From: a candidate division FCPU426 bacterium
GTDB lineage: Bacteria > Oederibacteriota > Muellerivitia > Muellerivitales > Muellerivitaceae
DNA: 64,000 bases
NCBI GenBank assembly: GCA_963796105.1
Contig: CAWCKJ010000004.1
Coordinates: forward strand, 1 to 64,000
Direction of reading: 5' to 3'
The notes below the pieces were generated by a model, which was not told the DNA's origin, searched no databases, and was given only the letters and a program-made list of their open reading frames with translations. The position numbers were made by a program, and so were the translations under genes. Below are positions 9,778 through 21,326 of the stretch, piece after piece; the stretch's first letter is position 1; each line of letters begins with the position of its first letter.

Positions 9778-10326
9778 ATGGAGCTTGAAAACAGGGAAGT
9801 GACGTTGAACGTAAGGGATTTGGAGGAATTTTGCAGGAAGATTGGCACGGAACAGCAAATGTTGTTTGGATTTTACAAGGAAAAAGCCGGTTACGAAGGT
9901 TGGACAAACTATGAATCGTACGTGACGTACCGGCACTTTTGCGATGAAGAGTCAATCCTTACGAAGTGGAGCACGAAAGCAAAAAACCTCCTGAATGAAA
10001 GCGTGTACCGGACTTATGGCGGAAACATGACGCCGTATGAAGCGGCTCGGATGAGTTTGGCAGAGGAAATGAAGGACCATTACATCAACAAAGTTGAAGA
10101 AAAATGGACTCTGGAACCTCTAGCGAAAACCCTGCTGACAAGCGCTTATGAAACGGTGAATTGGTATGAACTGGTTGATGTGTTAATGGAAGACATTCGT
10201 CCCTCACTTGCCGCAGAACCACAACTTCCTCAGTCCAATGTTGTGCCGTTATTACCCAGCTCTACAAATCCCAAAAGAAAACGACGTTCCCTCACACAAA
10301 AAGTCAATGAGGCGCACTATGAATAA
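9778..10326 (+). CDS. Hypothetical protein, paralogue 3 (GWTNYES...VNWYELV)
   Basis: Shared motifs. Confidence 0.75.
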   Translation: MELENREVTLNVRDLEEFCRKIGTEQQMLFGFYKEKAGYEGWTNYESYVTYRHFCDEESILTKWSTKAKNLLNESVYRTYGGNMTPYEAARMSLAEEMKDHYINKVEEKWTLEPLAKTLLTSAYETVNWYELVDVLMEDIRPSLAAEPQLPQSNVVPLLPSSTNPKRKRRSLTQKVNEAHYE

Positions 10327-10663
10327 AACGTATGAAATCAGTAAAATATATTCGAATTCAATTGGCACTGAGAATTGGTACAAGCATTGGAGCAAAAGAG
10401 GCCATTACACTGACGGAGTTAAAATCGTTGCCGATACAGCAGGAGCGCATTGGCTTATCGACGCTATATTCAGTTATGGGCGTGATGAACCATTTCAGTT
10501 GTGGTTGCTTTCTGTTAAGGATACACAGGCAAGGCTAACGATGCAGGAAGATTCAGGCCTGGAAGCGCTGGTGACACAGGACATTCCCTTTACGGATTTT
10601 CCTGAAGGAATTTGGAAATTTTATTTGGAGAATGGGGTGTTGATGCTACCGGGGGAAAGATGA
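10319..10663 (+). CDS. DUF6876-like mobile-element protein
   Basis: GTENWYKH, YTDGVK, AGAHWLID, QDIPFTDFP, VLMLP; GAGG RBS. Confidence 0.7.
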   Translation: MNKTYEISKIYSNSIGTENWYKHWSKRGHYTDGVKIVADTAGAHWLIDAIFSYGRDEPFQLWLLSVKDTQARLTMQEDSGLEALVTQDIPFTDFPEGIWKFYLENGVLMLPGER

Positions 10664-10902
10664 TGGAAGATTTGGAATAGGATGATTTATAAACCACTAT
10701 TTAGTAGTAACAAAAGAAAAGTTTATATAGTTGTTGTTATTATTGATTTCTATGGTTCCCGTTGCTGATGATCAAGTTAAGAATATCAGACGGAAAAACA
10801 TCAGAAACAAAGATCCTTCATGGCTTTAAATATTAGTCCAACTTTTTCATCTCGACCTGATAATTCAGTTAAATTATTAAGCAGGTTATTCTTCTGTTTT
10901 GT

Positions 10903-11244
10903 ATGGAAATCGGATTTTACATTGAAGGTTTGAATAATTTTGCTTCATACATGTTTTGCGAATTAAAAGACATTGGGAATAAAGTCAATACAAGTGATTG
11001 TATTTGCAAATATCCCCTGGAAAGCTTAGAAAAATTAGTTTTTGTTCACCCAGAAGATTCTGACCAAAACGAATGTTGGACAAGATTAAAGAAAAATATA
11101 ATGAAGTTTACCGATTCTCATTTCTATATATTTGCTATTCAGGCTCCAGAGCGAGAAGAAGGAATTGGCCAATACCCAAATGTCACATATATAACAACTA
11201 AAAATTCCAGAAAAATCTTCGAAAATTTAATGAAGGGAAAGTAA
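10903..11244 (+). CDS. Hypothetical protein (AT-rich region)
   Basis: 113-aa ORF only. Confidence 0.4.
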   Translation: MEIGFYIEGLNNFASYMFCELKDIGNKVNTSDCICKYPLESLEKLVFVHPEDSDQNECWTRLKKNIMKFTDSHFYIFAIQAPEREEGIGQYPNVTYITTKNSRKIFENLMKGK

Positions 11245-11266
11245 AGAAACAAACAGACCAACTTAA

Positions 11267-14200
11267 TTATACTATTGTCATAGTTTCCATTAGGATTTTA
11301 TATCTTTTAGAGAAATCATTATAATTTAATATATGCAAACACTTAGTGCTTAGGTTGATTAAAACATTAAATTCTTTTTGATTCTTTTCGTTATTTTGTT
11401 TTTTCAATTTTTCATGAGCATCGATTGCGGATTGTTTAATAATAAAATTATAGAAATTTTCCTCAATACCTAAATTATGTTCATCAAAGTCCAATAATTT
11501 TCTGTCGATTATTGCAAATTTATTTGTAATTCTAGTTATTATTTGTTCTTTTTCATTATCGTTATTCAGCATTGAATATATTAATACCTGAATTTTGCAC
11601 CGAGTTTACCGATTCCGTGGCCAGATCGGCCTGAATCGGGACCCGACAGTGGCCATTTTCATCAGAAGTGAACTTATGTGCAAAGAATTTTTTGCACCAA
11701 GCCACTTCTAGGCCGCCCTGGGTCTTTCCAATCGTTTTCGATCAAGGTATTTGAGGAAACCCAATAGGCCCGCTGTCCTATCATCATGGATTGAATACCT
11801 CACCACATCCCGATGGCCGTGATACTGGATTCGGGCGGCTACAAAGAGCATCTTCAAACGTGCGATCCGAAGGGTATGGTCCGGCATGGTGATCTGTTCC
11901 TTCTCCTGTGGCTTCTTTCCCGGTCGCTTTTCTTTTCCACAATGGCCCACCATTAGTTTCATCCACCTCCAGAGGTTGTAAGCCAGCATCACGATCTGGA
12001 AAAAAGCATGGTGGCTTTGGAAACTCTTAGAGGGAATTGCTAATAACCCCTCCCGTTGCGCCTCACCAATCAGGTTTTCCACATCCGCGCGCAGGTCGTA
12101 TTCCTCAACCACCCGATGGGGTGCTCCCAGACAGTTGGTCGCGAAGATTCGGTAGACATATCCTTCCATTTCAGGAAGGCTCAATTGTTTCTCCCGCGCT
12201 TTTTCATCCAGCGTCCTCATCGCCACAAACCGGACTGGTTGTTGCCAGCCTATGGGTTGATGGACACATTCGTTGTATTCGTGTTCTCCATGGCGGTACC
12301 AACCCTTTTTCGTGAAAGGCGGGTCATGCCGCTTGTTCCCGAAGATGAAAGAAAACCCTTCTTTTTCACAGGCTTTCACGCTTTCCCAGCCGATCATTTC
12401 ACCGTCACCGCGCACCAGAATCGTCCGGACACAGGACGGCAAGAGTCGCCGGAATTGTCTAATTTGGCGGGCCACTTCCTCAGAACTAAGGGTGGTTCCG
12501 CGTCTTTGGGTTCCGCACAAATATTCCCGGGTTTCCTGGAGAAAACACAGAATGGGCCTCAGTCCCTTCTTGCCCCGGTGCTTGGGGTTGTATCCTTTTC
12601 GGCTTCCCTCGATATTTCCGTAGACCGTTGCGGTGGTGGTATCGATGTTGATCTCCACCTTCTTGGGGGCATATTTCACCTGTCCCCAAACCTTGGCCCG
12701 TAACGCCCCACTCAGATTCAGCAACGATGCCGACTGCCCGATCCCCAGCGACCTCAGGTATCTCCAAAAAGTTGTCACTACCGGCAACAAGGGAACCCGC
12801 AGTAAACCGCACAGCATGACCTCACCCCGCAGGTAGGCAAAATGGCCAAGTCTTTGGAACCCGATGAAAAGAAGCATTAGGATGCCGCTTACCATCCGGT
12901 AGTGGCCCAAATTCGGAAGGCGTTTAGGTGCGGCATAGTGTTTTTTGAATTCCCGCTCAAAATCAAGAAGGTCGAACATCTTCGCCAATGCCAACAATCC
13001 GCCAAAAGCTGTTAGGCGGTCTTCGCAAATACCTACGGGAGTATTGGCCGTAATCTTGGGCGCGATTCTCCCGTTTCGATTGGCTTTTTTCTGGACTTGC
13101 GGGTTTGATTTCTGAGGCGTATCTTGACGTTTCACCATCTGGGGGACCCTCTTTTAGGATGAGTTGGCTTCGCAACCCTTATCCTATAATGGTTTCCTAG
13201 ATGGTTTTTTTATTAGGCGCAAAATTCAGGTAATAATAAATTCAAGATATCCACATAGCTATTCCAAATAATATGAGAATAAATATTTCCTTCCTCAAGT
13301 AATTTAACGATCTTAAAATTTTCTAGCCCTTTAGTAATTACCTTTTCTGCCGTTTTGATATTTTCAAGAATTCTATTTAACAAATATCCGCCAACACTAA
13401 ACATTGCTATTAATAATACCTGTGATAAGAAAGATACCGTATTGCCATCCATTATATTTTTGAATGATTTTTCAATATCTCCATAATATTTGACAGCCCA
13501 AAAAGGTGGAATGTTTTCCCCGTTTTTTATTTCTTTAACAATCAGGGAATCTATACCTGCAATTTGTTGTCCGGCTTCATGACTAAGATAACGCAATTGA
13601 ATATAATTTTTTTGTTTCTCTTCATAAACACAGATCGAAGATATTTGTGATGAAACGTGAGTAAAAAAGGAATTTAGAGCTGCATTTAACGTTCTTACCC
13701 AAACGAATTCATTATCATAATGACCAACTAACACAATTATTGTGCTCAGTGGATTTTTTTGAAATGATAGGACCAACATATTAAATTTCCCAAGTATTGA
13801 AACATTAAATCCTTTTAATATCTCTCGAACAATTTTTAAATCTTTATTATTTAAAATATTATTTTCTTTTGGAATTTTTTCAAAAACCGCTCTCAATGAA
13901 GAAAGATATATTTTTTCAATTCCCTCTCCTGCGGATGCAACAACAGAAATATCTTCAGCCTTTTGAATACTTTCAACTCCAAGAACAATTAAATACCTTA
14001 AAGAAAAGTCATTTAATATATTTACAAGGCAAGTACTAACAACCCCCCATAATATTTTTAATGTTAAATCAGTGTCTTTTATAGGCAACAGGGAATTATG
14101 TAATTCGTTTGTTTGTGTTGTTATGTTTTGCTGTAAAGTTACAGAACGTTGTTTATCCAAACTTTCTTTTAAAAAAGAAACAAATTCTTGAACTTCACCA

Positions 14201-15003
14201 TAAGCATTTAAAATGAATTTTTGATAATCACTTGAAGAATATATGAGATCCGGATTATTCTTAATCCATTTTTTATGGTCCTCTATGATTTCATCCTCTG
14301 AGGATAACGGTTTTTTTCTTATTAATTTTTTTAATTTTGTTAAAGCAGTTTGCTTAGAATTTAAATAATATTTAGGAAAGCGTTTAGATAATGATCCCAT
14401 TCTTTCAATGATAAGATCCTCATTTTCTTCAAGTAATATTTGTCCAATAAATAAAACTGCTATTACGGAAAAATTAATAACAATTGGAAATATTAATTCC
14501 CGGTAACCAAGTAAAGGACAGTCATACTCAAAATATGGGAAAGCACGGTCAGTAATATTACTCACAATTTGATTCATGCATCTATAACGGCCATCTTTAA
14601 ATTCATAAAATTTATTAAACTCGGGGCTTTTTCTCCATTGAATAATAATGTCGTCTTTTTTCAAGTCATATAGTTTTTTTCTAAAAAATATATTTGCATG
14701 AAAACTGTCACATTCATCACATAGTTTTTTATCAGTTTTCATACGGAATATCTCACAGGCGGAACGAATATTGTAATGTAAAATTGGAGAATCGATTTTA
14801 ACTGTTGACCCGTCTGGTAAGAATTCAATGATTGCCGTTGGATGCTCAAGATTTATACTTATCAAAGATTGAAATGCTTGTAATTGACGGAATGGTATGA
14901 TTCCAAAGCCTTTTAGTTTTTCGGTTTCTGTAGATTCATATCCGTCATTTATTATATGTGATGGCATTAAAGGCCATTTAGTTCCCGGTTGACCAAATTT
15001 CAA
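11267..15003 (-). pseudogene. PocR-type sensor domain protein with HisKA-like box, interrupted by IS1380 copy 2
   Basis: YDCPLLGYRELIFPI...LFIGQ (PocR-like) and LSHEAGQQI (H-box-like). Removing the IS and one TSD gives in-frame ILNLLLIYSMLNN joining 13231-15003 to 11267-11586. Confidence 0.7.
11587..13230 (-). mobile_element. IS1380-family element (copy 2), 1644 bp; transposase 11708-13138
   Basis: IRs CCTGAATTTTGC(A/G)CC; TSD TAATA at 11582-11586 and 13231-13235; 476-aa DDE transposase (NIDTT, VRGDG, VENLIGE). Confidence 0.95.
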
Positions 15004-15323
15004 TTTAATTTCCTTTGATAAGTTTTTATAATTATAAAATCTTTTTTATTAAAGATACAATTTTATATAAATACCTTTTAAAAAATGATCCATTAACCTG
15101 ACCTCTTCTTAAACAATAAACAGATTTGACCGAGCCTAATTACTAAAAAGCAGAAAAAATTACTTAATTTTTTTTACGCTGGTCGGTTTGGATCATTCAT
15201 GCCCCATTTAAATACCTGTGCCGTTGCCGATTTGGGTTATTACTTTTAGATTTATTTTTAATATTTTGTGAGATTTTCAAGTTGTACATAATAGAGATCG
15301 CCTTTGTCTAATGTTTTCATGAA

Positions 15324-15542
15324 TCACATACCCTGTTTGATTATTTCATCCGCCCGTTCTTTCTGGCGTGGATACAGGTCGCCAGGTAATTTTTCAGGAC
15401 CTACTGTTTTTCTGACTTGATAACGCGCGCAGCTCGTGAAGTCATCCACGCAGTAATGGGCTTGGTCTAATGAAAAGAACTCAGGCGTGTCCGGCATGCG
15501 ACAGCTGTAGAAGGGGCATTTTAAAAGATATGTGCAGTCCAT
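15324..15542 (-). CDS. Small Cys-rich hypothetical protein
   Basis: MDC...KCPFY...YC...CARY...LYP; GAGG RBS. Confidence 0.65.
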   Translation of the reverse strand: MDCTYLLKCPFYSCRMPDTPEFFSLDQAHYCVDDFTSCARYQVRKTVGPEKLPGDLYPRQKERADEIIKQGM

Positions 15543-15646
15543 CGTATACCTCGTTAGATTCTTCCCAAGCAATTGTTACGAAATGTTATTAAAATCTGGG
15601 CAACAACCGTGAAGGCCTGACTCGTCTTACATTGTTACCATAAAAT

Positions 15647-16387
15647 TTAATGCGTAGAAGACGTAGGTGAAAAGATAGAAGTGGACAAAAGGAAAAAAAG
15701 TTGGTTTGTGGACGTATCATACCCCGGAACAACCATAAAATGGTTATCGGCAAATCCAAGACTTAAGCCCACTTCAACAGGCACTGAATTAGTAGTACTC
15801 GAAAGCGTGCCTTTCAAAATTACTGCGGGACCGAACGAGAAATTAATGTAACTCGATTTCACCCCCGAACCGGCTTTTTTATTGCCATTACTATCTGTCG
15901 TGATTGGCCATATAACTTTCGTTGAAACATCCTGGAAAGTTAACCCTCCACCCGCACCCGTGAAAATTGTTGCCACAACGCCCTTTGATGTTGAATCAGT
16001 CGCACCCCTCAAATCAAAACAGGGCAAAAATATCATTGGCTGGATATCGCCAAAGGTTTCAGATTTTTCGTAAATTCCCATTGGAATTCCGGTCGAACCG
16101 CAATAATTGAATATTGAAATTGATTTATTCCCGACCGTAATAGTTTTTACAAGTTCATCGCACGAAGAGATAGTATTTAGTACGTCATCAGGAATATCGA
16201 TTGATTTAGGAACGGTGGCTGGAGCCGAAGCAGCTATTTCTGGAGCCGTTGCAGTTGATACCGAGGATGATAGGCCGGTAACCGGAGATTCCCCAACGTT
16301 TTGGCCAAGAACCATTGTGTCTAATGTTAAAGCGTTTGAAGAAGTTAAAAATTGGTAAAATATCAAAATTAAAAATACCTTTTTCAT
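15647..16387 (-). CDS. Secreted/outer-membrane hypothetical protein
   Basis: Signal peptide MKKVFLILIF; beta-rich; AGGGG RBS. Confidence 0.7.
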   Translation of the reverse strand: MKKVFLILIFYQFLTSSNALTLDTMVLGQNVGESPVTGLSSSVSTATAPEIAASAPATVPKSIDIPDDVLNTISSCDELVKTITVGNKSISIFNYCGSTGIPMGIYEKSETFGDIQPMIFLPCFDLRGATDSTSKGVVATIFTGAGGGLTFQDVSTKVIWPITTDSNGNKKAGSGVKSSYINFSFGPAVILKGTLSSTTNSVPVEVGLSLGFADNHFMVVPGYDTSTNQLFFLLSTSIFSPTSSTH

Positions 16388-16729
16388 GTTTTACCCCTTT
16401 GAAAGTATAAACCTATCCAAAACTACCAAAGGTAAGCCAATTACCTTTAAGGTAACTGTTTAACCACGAATAGGTTAGCCAGCCAAATGGTAATTGAAAA
16501 GATAAAAGTTATACGAAACAAAATAAACTACACTCCGTAAACCTCACATTTATTTTTACAAAAACTGCACAATAACGGGCCAATGTTATCTCGATTTCAG
16601 GGTTTTTATCGTTCCACTAACCGCACAAATCCGTGATTGCATTTTGTTACGGTTACAGGGAATTTACAGCAGAAGGAAGAGTTCCTAACCGGAATTGAAA
16701 GAACGATGAAAAGAAAATTCAGGAAAGCT

Positions 16730-17026
16730 CTACTTGAAAATCGGTGCGGGTTGTTTTTTGAAGCGCGAAAATGATTCCGGCGAAGGCTTGTAATTTGAAA
16801 CGATGTATTTCCATTCCGTTTCTGAGCACTGATACCCGATCCAGTAAGTCTGCTGGATAAGTATCGTGCGTTCCTTTTCAATAATATAAACGGTATGGCT
16901 TTCCGCATCCCCTTGCCAGGAACGAAGCAGACTTGCGATCTTTTTATCGTTCCACGAAGACCAATCCACTTGTGTATTTAAATTATTCAATGATATGCAT
17001 TCGAATGTAAGCAAAATCTTCTCCAC
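16730..17026 (-). CDS. Hypothetical protein
   Basis: 98-aa ORF only. Confidence 0.4.
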   Translation of the reverse strand: MEKILLTFECISLNNLNTQVDWSSWNDKKIASLLRSWQGDAESHTVYIIEKERTILIQQTYWIGYQCSETEWKYIVSNYKPSPESFSRFKKQPAPIFK

Positions 17027-17286
17027 TTAAAAGTCTGTGCTAAAATCGTTTTTCCTTAGTGAGTTCGTTTCAATCATAATAAGAAACGTCTTACTCATTT
17101 TATGATTCTTCTCATGTTTTACTATTGTGACGAATATTTAAGCAAATTTTTGGAGCTATCAGGTTCAGCTACGAACCAATGGAAATAAAACCTCATTTCC
17201 AAACGCCTAATACATTGAATTTTGATTGCTCTCTTTTATAATTATTCTCCTTCACGAAACAAACATGGAAACAGGTACTTCACCCA

Positions 17287-17841
17287 TTGAAATCCTTAAA
17301 AACCCTTGCAGCCACGATAGACGCTAAGGATCCATTCACTAAAAACCATTCCATGAAGGTCGGGAAACTTTGCAAGGGCATCGCCAGGGAATTGGGTTGG
17401 AGTGAGAAGGATATTCAGTTGTTGGTTAATGCGGCCATGATGCATGACATCGGCAAAATCAACATTCCTGAAGCCATCATTTCTAAACCGGGAAAATTGA
17501 ACGCCGTTGAGAAACGAGCTATTGAGGAACATCCATCTATTGGAAAAAATATACTGAAAGATATCGCATTGCCAGGAATGGACATCATCCGTAGGGCAGT
17601 GCACGAACATCATGAGCGGTGGAACGGTTCAGGATACCCACGCCGGTTAAAAAAGAAAAAAATCTCAATCGAAGCACGTATTATCGCCGTAGCCGATTCT
17701 TTTGACGCCATGACATCAACGCGTCATTATAAGAATAAGATGGATAGAAAAGCCGCAGTAAACGAGATACTCAGAATGTCAGGCAAATTATACGATCCCG
17801 AAGTGGTGGAAGCCTTTGAAAGGTATATCAAAGACATTTGA
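17287..17841 (+). CDS. HD-GYP domain c-di-GMP phosphodiesterase
   Basis: TKNHS, MHDIGK, HHERWNGSGYP, IAVADSFDAM. Confidence 0.92.
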   Translation: MKSLKTLAATIDAKDPFTKNHSMKVGKLCKGIARELGWSEKDIQLLVNAAMMHDIGKINIPEAIISKPGKLNAVEKRAIEEHPSIGKNILKDIALPGMDIIRRAVHEHHERWNGSGYPRRLKKKKISIEARIIAVADSFDAMTSTRHYKNKMDRKAAVNEILRMSGKLYDPEVVEAFERYIKDI

Positions 17842-17877
17842 CTCTGATTGATATTCTGGTGGGTATGGGGTGGTTTT

Positions 17878-18096
17878 TTAAGAATGACTCCCGGGGATGT
17901 AACGAAGCTCGTCCCTTTGGTTTATAAAATCCGCGCTCTCCACAAATGACGTGCGTCCAAGGTAAAGAATCTCGTTTTCCTTCCAACCATTCACCCGCAA
18001 ACAAAGTATCAAGGCTTCATCGGAATTTTCGGCCACAATCTTAAATCTTTTGCCCGTATTTGCGTTCTCAAATATAAACTCATCCATTTTTAACAT
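17878..18096 (-). CDS. Hypothetical protein
   Basis: 72-aa ORF only. Confidence 0.35.
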   Translation of the reverse strand: MLKMDEFIFENANTGKRFKIVAENSDEALILCLRVNGWKENEILYLGRTSFVESADFINQRDELRYIPGSHS

Positions 18097-18409
18097 GATG
18101 ACTTTTTAATAACATAAAAATTGAATAAAGAAAAACAATAAATCAGTTGAAAAAGATTAACGGTACACACAATACGTGTTAAGAATATTATTTAGGCGGA
18201 ATTCTTAAAAATGAATTAATTGGTTTCAAAATCCGTTTAACGATGTTATCAAAGCAAAGATCAAATAAATTTTTCTATTTTTTGTGCACGGGACGGAATT
18301 ATTGCGGTTTTAGTTAAACGGTTTATCGGATCAAGTCAATTTTGGTTTTTCGTTATAAACCTTTTTCCGCTAAGTTCCGCTTGCATTAAGCCTTGTTTAA
18401 AGGAATACC

Positions 18410-18586
18410 TTACAGCCCGTACTTTTTCTTTACTTCTTTTTCGGCCTGCAACCAGTCTGAAAGCGCGTCTCCCGGCTTTTTTGAAGCGACCCTCTTTTTA
18501 AAAATTTCCTCCGCGATGATTCGAATTTCTTCCTGGACTGTTTCCAGAGTTGGCTTTTGCGGAGGCTTCCTTATTTCTTTTACCAT
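18410..18586 (-). CDS. DUF2934-like small protein
   Basis: EEIRIIAEEIF..R...DWLQAEKEV; AGGAG RBS. Confidence 0.7.
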   Translation of the reverse strand: MVKEIRKPPQKPTLETVQEEIRIIAEEIFKKRVASKKPGDALSDWLQAEKEVKKKYGL

Positions 18587-18687
18587 GATGCGATCTCCTT
18601 TATTCAACAGTTTTAAAGTTTGAACAACCGTTCGTATATTACATTTTGATCAACAAAAGGACTAATAAGACATGCTTGCCTCAGGTT

Positions 18688-18990
18688 TCATACGTTATCC
18701 TTGTTGTAATCAATGCCAATTCTTTTCAAAAAATTGACAATCCTCCGGCTGATAAGATTTAGCTCTACAAGTTTCAATTCCCGGCCTAAAAGACCCTCCG
18801 TTTCGAGATTTGCGCTAAGGAAAATCGCGTTAAAGGCGAATTCATGCCACGCTTTTTTTCCGTCATCGTCCAGGTCGTAGTAATCGCAATGGAGTATTTC
18901 GGGAAAAGGAATCTTTTCAAGCGCTTTAATACTCAAGTAATCGTTCATGAAAAGAGCGATCCGCTCGTAATCGGTTTTATTGAGATGCAT
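18688..18990 (-). CDS. Hypothetical protein
   Basis: 100-aa ORF only. Confidence 0.45.
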   Translation of the reverse strand: MHLNKTDYERIALFMNDYLSIKALEKIPFPEILHCDYYDLDDDGKKAWHEFAFNAIFLSANLETEGLLGRELKLVELNLISRRIVNFLKRIGIDYNKDNV

Positions 18991-19154
18991 GGGATATCGG
19001 TTTAAAAATCATTATTATCAGTCCCCTAACTATAGTGGTGCACAAGGAACTCTAAACATGGCTTTTTACAACTAAGATCATGGCAAGTCCGTAAAGGTTG
19101 TTGAGCGAAAGAAAAATGAAATTCTTATAAATTGCGAAAAAAGATTTTGAAACC

Positions 19155-19514
19155 CTAGCTTAATGATTCCAGATATCCCCTCAATAAATCTTTTTCTTCC
19201 TTGCGCAAAGATATAAAACGAAGTCCTCCGCCTTTTCCGTTGGTCCATACCACTTCGGCGATTGGCGCGATGATGTTCGAATCGTCATGAAGTGAAATAT
19301 AGAGGCGCAGTACATGTCCCACCTTTAATCCGTGGTTCGCCAGGATGTACATGCCTCCCAGGCTTATGTCTTTGGTCCGGGCAGGCTCTTTTTTCCGCCG
19401 TACAAAAACAAGCTCTATTTCCTTTTGCTCCGTTATCACCCGGTATCCGACACGTAACTTCATCAGGAACCTCGGATACACCCTGTTTTCAACGAAAAGC
19501 TTTGCTTCAAGCAT
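19155..19514 (-). CDS. PilZ domain protein
   Basis: RxxxR (RVYPR) and DISLGG motifs; AEVVW...GLRF. Confidence 0.88.
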   Translation of the reverse strand: MLEAKLFVENRVYPRFLMKLRVGYRVITEQKEIELVFVRRKKEPARTKDISLGGMYILANHGLKVGHVLRLYISLHDDSNIIAPIAEVVWTNGKGGGLRFISLRKEEKDLLRGYLESLS

Positions 19515-19527
19515 TGGATCCCCCTTA

Positions 19528-19923
19528 TTAACACACCGGACTCAGAGTTCTCGGGAGGGAAATGTTGTTTCCATTGAATTTATTTATTGCGTCCTGCTTG
19601 GTACTCAGGATTTTAAACAAGCCTTGAATGTCCAAAAGCTCGAAGATCCTGTAAATCTCATGAGAAACATCAGTGAGAATGATACTCCCGTGGTTTTTCC
19701 GAGTTTTACTTATGTAATACATCAAAACACTGATGCCTGAGCTCGAAATATAGGTAAGTTTCCTCATACTTATAACAATCTTGCTCTTCCCACTTAACAC
19801 GAGTTCCTGAAGCTTATCCTCAAAAGCAGTAACCGTATTGATGTCCAGCGTTCCTTCAACATCCAGAACTACCACGTCACTTTCAGAGGCCATTACCCGC
19901 GTTGCAAGTGTTAAACTTTCCAT
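19528..19923 (-). CDS. STAS-domain anti-sigma factor antagonist
   Basis: VEGTLDIN, LTYISSSGI, IFELL. Confidence 0.88.
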   Translation of the reverse strand: MESLTLATRVMASESDVVVLDVEGTLDINTVTAFEDKLQELVLSGKSKIVISMRKLTYISSSGISVLMYYISKTRKNHGSIILTDVSHEIYRIFELLDIQGLFKILSTKQDAINKFNGNNISLPRTLSPVC

Positions 19924-20565
19924 AAAACAACTCCCTTCAGTGTCGTATTACTTCCTTATTTTCCCCGTTTAAAGACAGAAATACCCGAATTCGGGATAAG
20001 TAATTTATGAAAAAGAGATACTTGAGAACTTAGTGGAAAATTGCATCACCCTCAATAGATTCCGGGAGAAACAATTCATATGGTTTTTCCCCGGCGATGA
20101 CATTCACCGGGACGATTAGAAACACTTTGCCATAAGTATTTTACCGCCGATCCTGGTCATCCGCTGATATATATTTATTTTTATAAATATGTTAGGCACA
20201 AATTAGGCAATTTATATTTTTAACAAAAATTCAAAAATACTGTGGTGCCATCGGGGTAAACCAACTTTTGATTTTCAACCCCAAGCCATTGATGGAATTA
20301 ATTTTCAGGCCACAACAGCATGATTCAAAACGCCGAATTCCGTTCATATCGAGCTTTCACTGAGAAAAACGTAAAGCAAGCCACGGATTGTGCACTTTCG
20401 ATGCCGATATAATTGATTACATTGTTTTGAAAAATATATTTTCACAAGATACTAAAGGTATAAAACCCAGTTGTTTTAAGAGATATAATTATATTAGGGT
20501 TTTTTATTTCAGTTTATTGTGGTGCTTTTCTCCGTCGGTAATGGGAAAAAGCGAAGAAGCTTCCA

Positions 20566-21156
20566 ATGAAATCCATTATCACCAGTATATTCATTCTTGA
20601 GGATGATTCCTGTTTGCGCTCGATCCTTGATAATGTGTGTTCCAAACTCGCCAAAACCACGGCCGTGGATAACGTCAAATCCGCTGTCCGGGAATTGACC
20701 TGCCGTGCTTTCGGCCTCTTGTTATTGGATTGGCATCTCATATTCCAGCCAAACGAAGCCATTTTTCTTCTCCCTAAGATTGACCGTTTCCAACCCGATG
20801 CTGTAAGGATTGCTTTATTTTCGGCCATGGAATTGCAGAATACGGTAGAAGCGTTCAAATCCGGATTCAAGGACGTCCTTTGGTTAGGCCACGATAAATC
20901 GGTGATTGAACGAAAGATCAGGGAATTTCTGGATAAAACGGTTCATAAAAAAAACTTCCGGCCAAATCTTGGCCACATCTCGGATTTAATGATTGAAAAC
21001 GCCTTTTGCCAAAAAACACCATTTTTCCAGACCAGGAAGTTGTTTTCTAAAATTTTTCTCCAACAATTGATGGATAATGGAAAATTACAAAACGGACAAA
21101 TCGTGAAACTGATGGGCGTTAGCTATAAAACATTGGATCGTCTTTTATATCCCTAG
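20566..21156 (+). CDS. Atypical response regulator with C-terminal Fis-type HTH
   Basis: IFILEDD, LLLLDW, MGVSYKTL. Confidence 0.7.
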   Translation: MKSIITSIFILEDDSCLRSILDNVCSKLAKTTAVDNVKSAVRELTCRAFGLLLLDWHLIFQPNEAIFLLPKIDRFQPDAVRIALFSAMELQNTVEAFKSGFKDVLWLGHDKSVIERKIREFLDKTVHKKNFRPNLGHISDLMIENAFCQKTPFFQTRKLFSKIFLQQLMDNGKLQNGQIVKLMGVSYKTLDRLLYP

Positions 21157-21326
21157 TTTTATTCAGTTTAGAAGGTTCAACCTATTTGGGATTATCCTTC
21201 ATCTTGAGTTCCCTGTATTTCTGTGAAGCGAAAGATTTTTTTTCATTCCAATTTCGTTCTAATTTCATAAGAGATAGAATGGTGGGTCAACGTCAATATA
21301 TGATTTATGAAATAAGGCGGTTTTAA

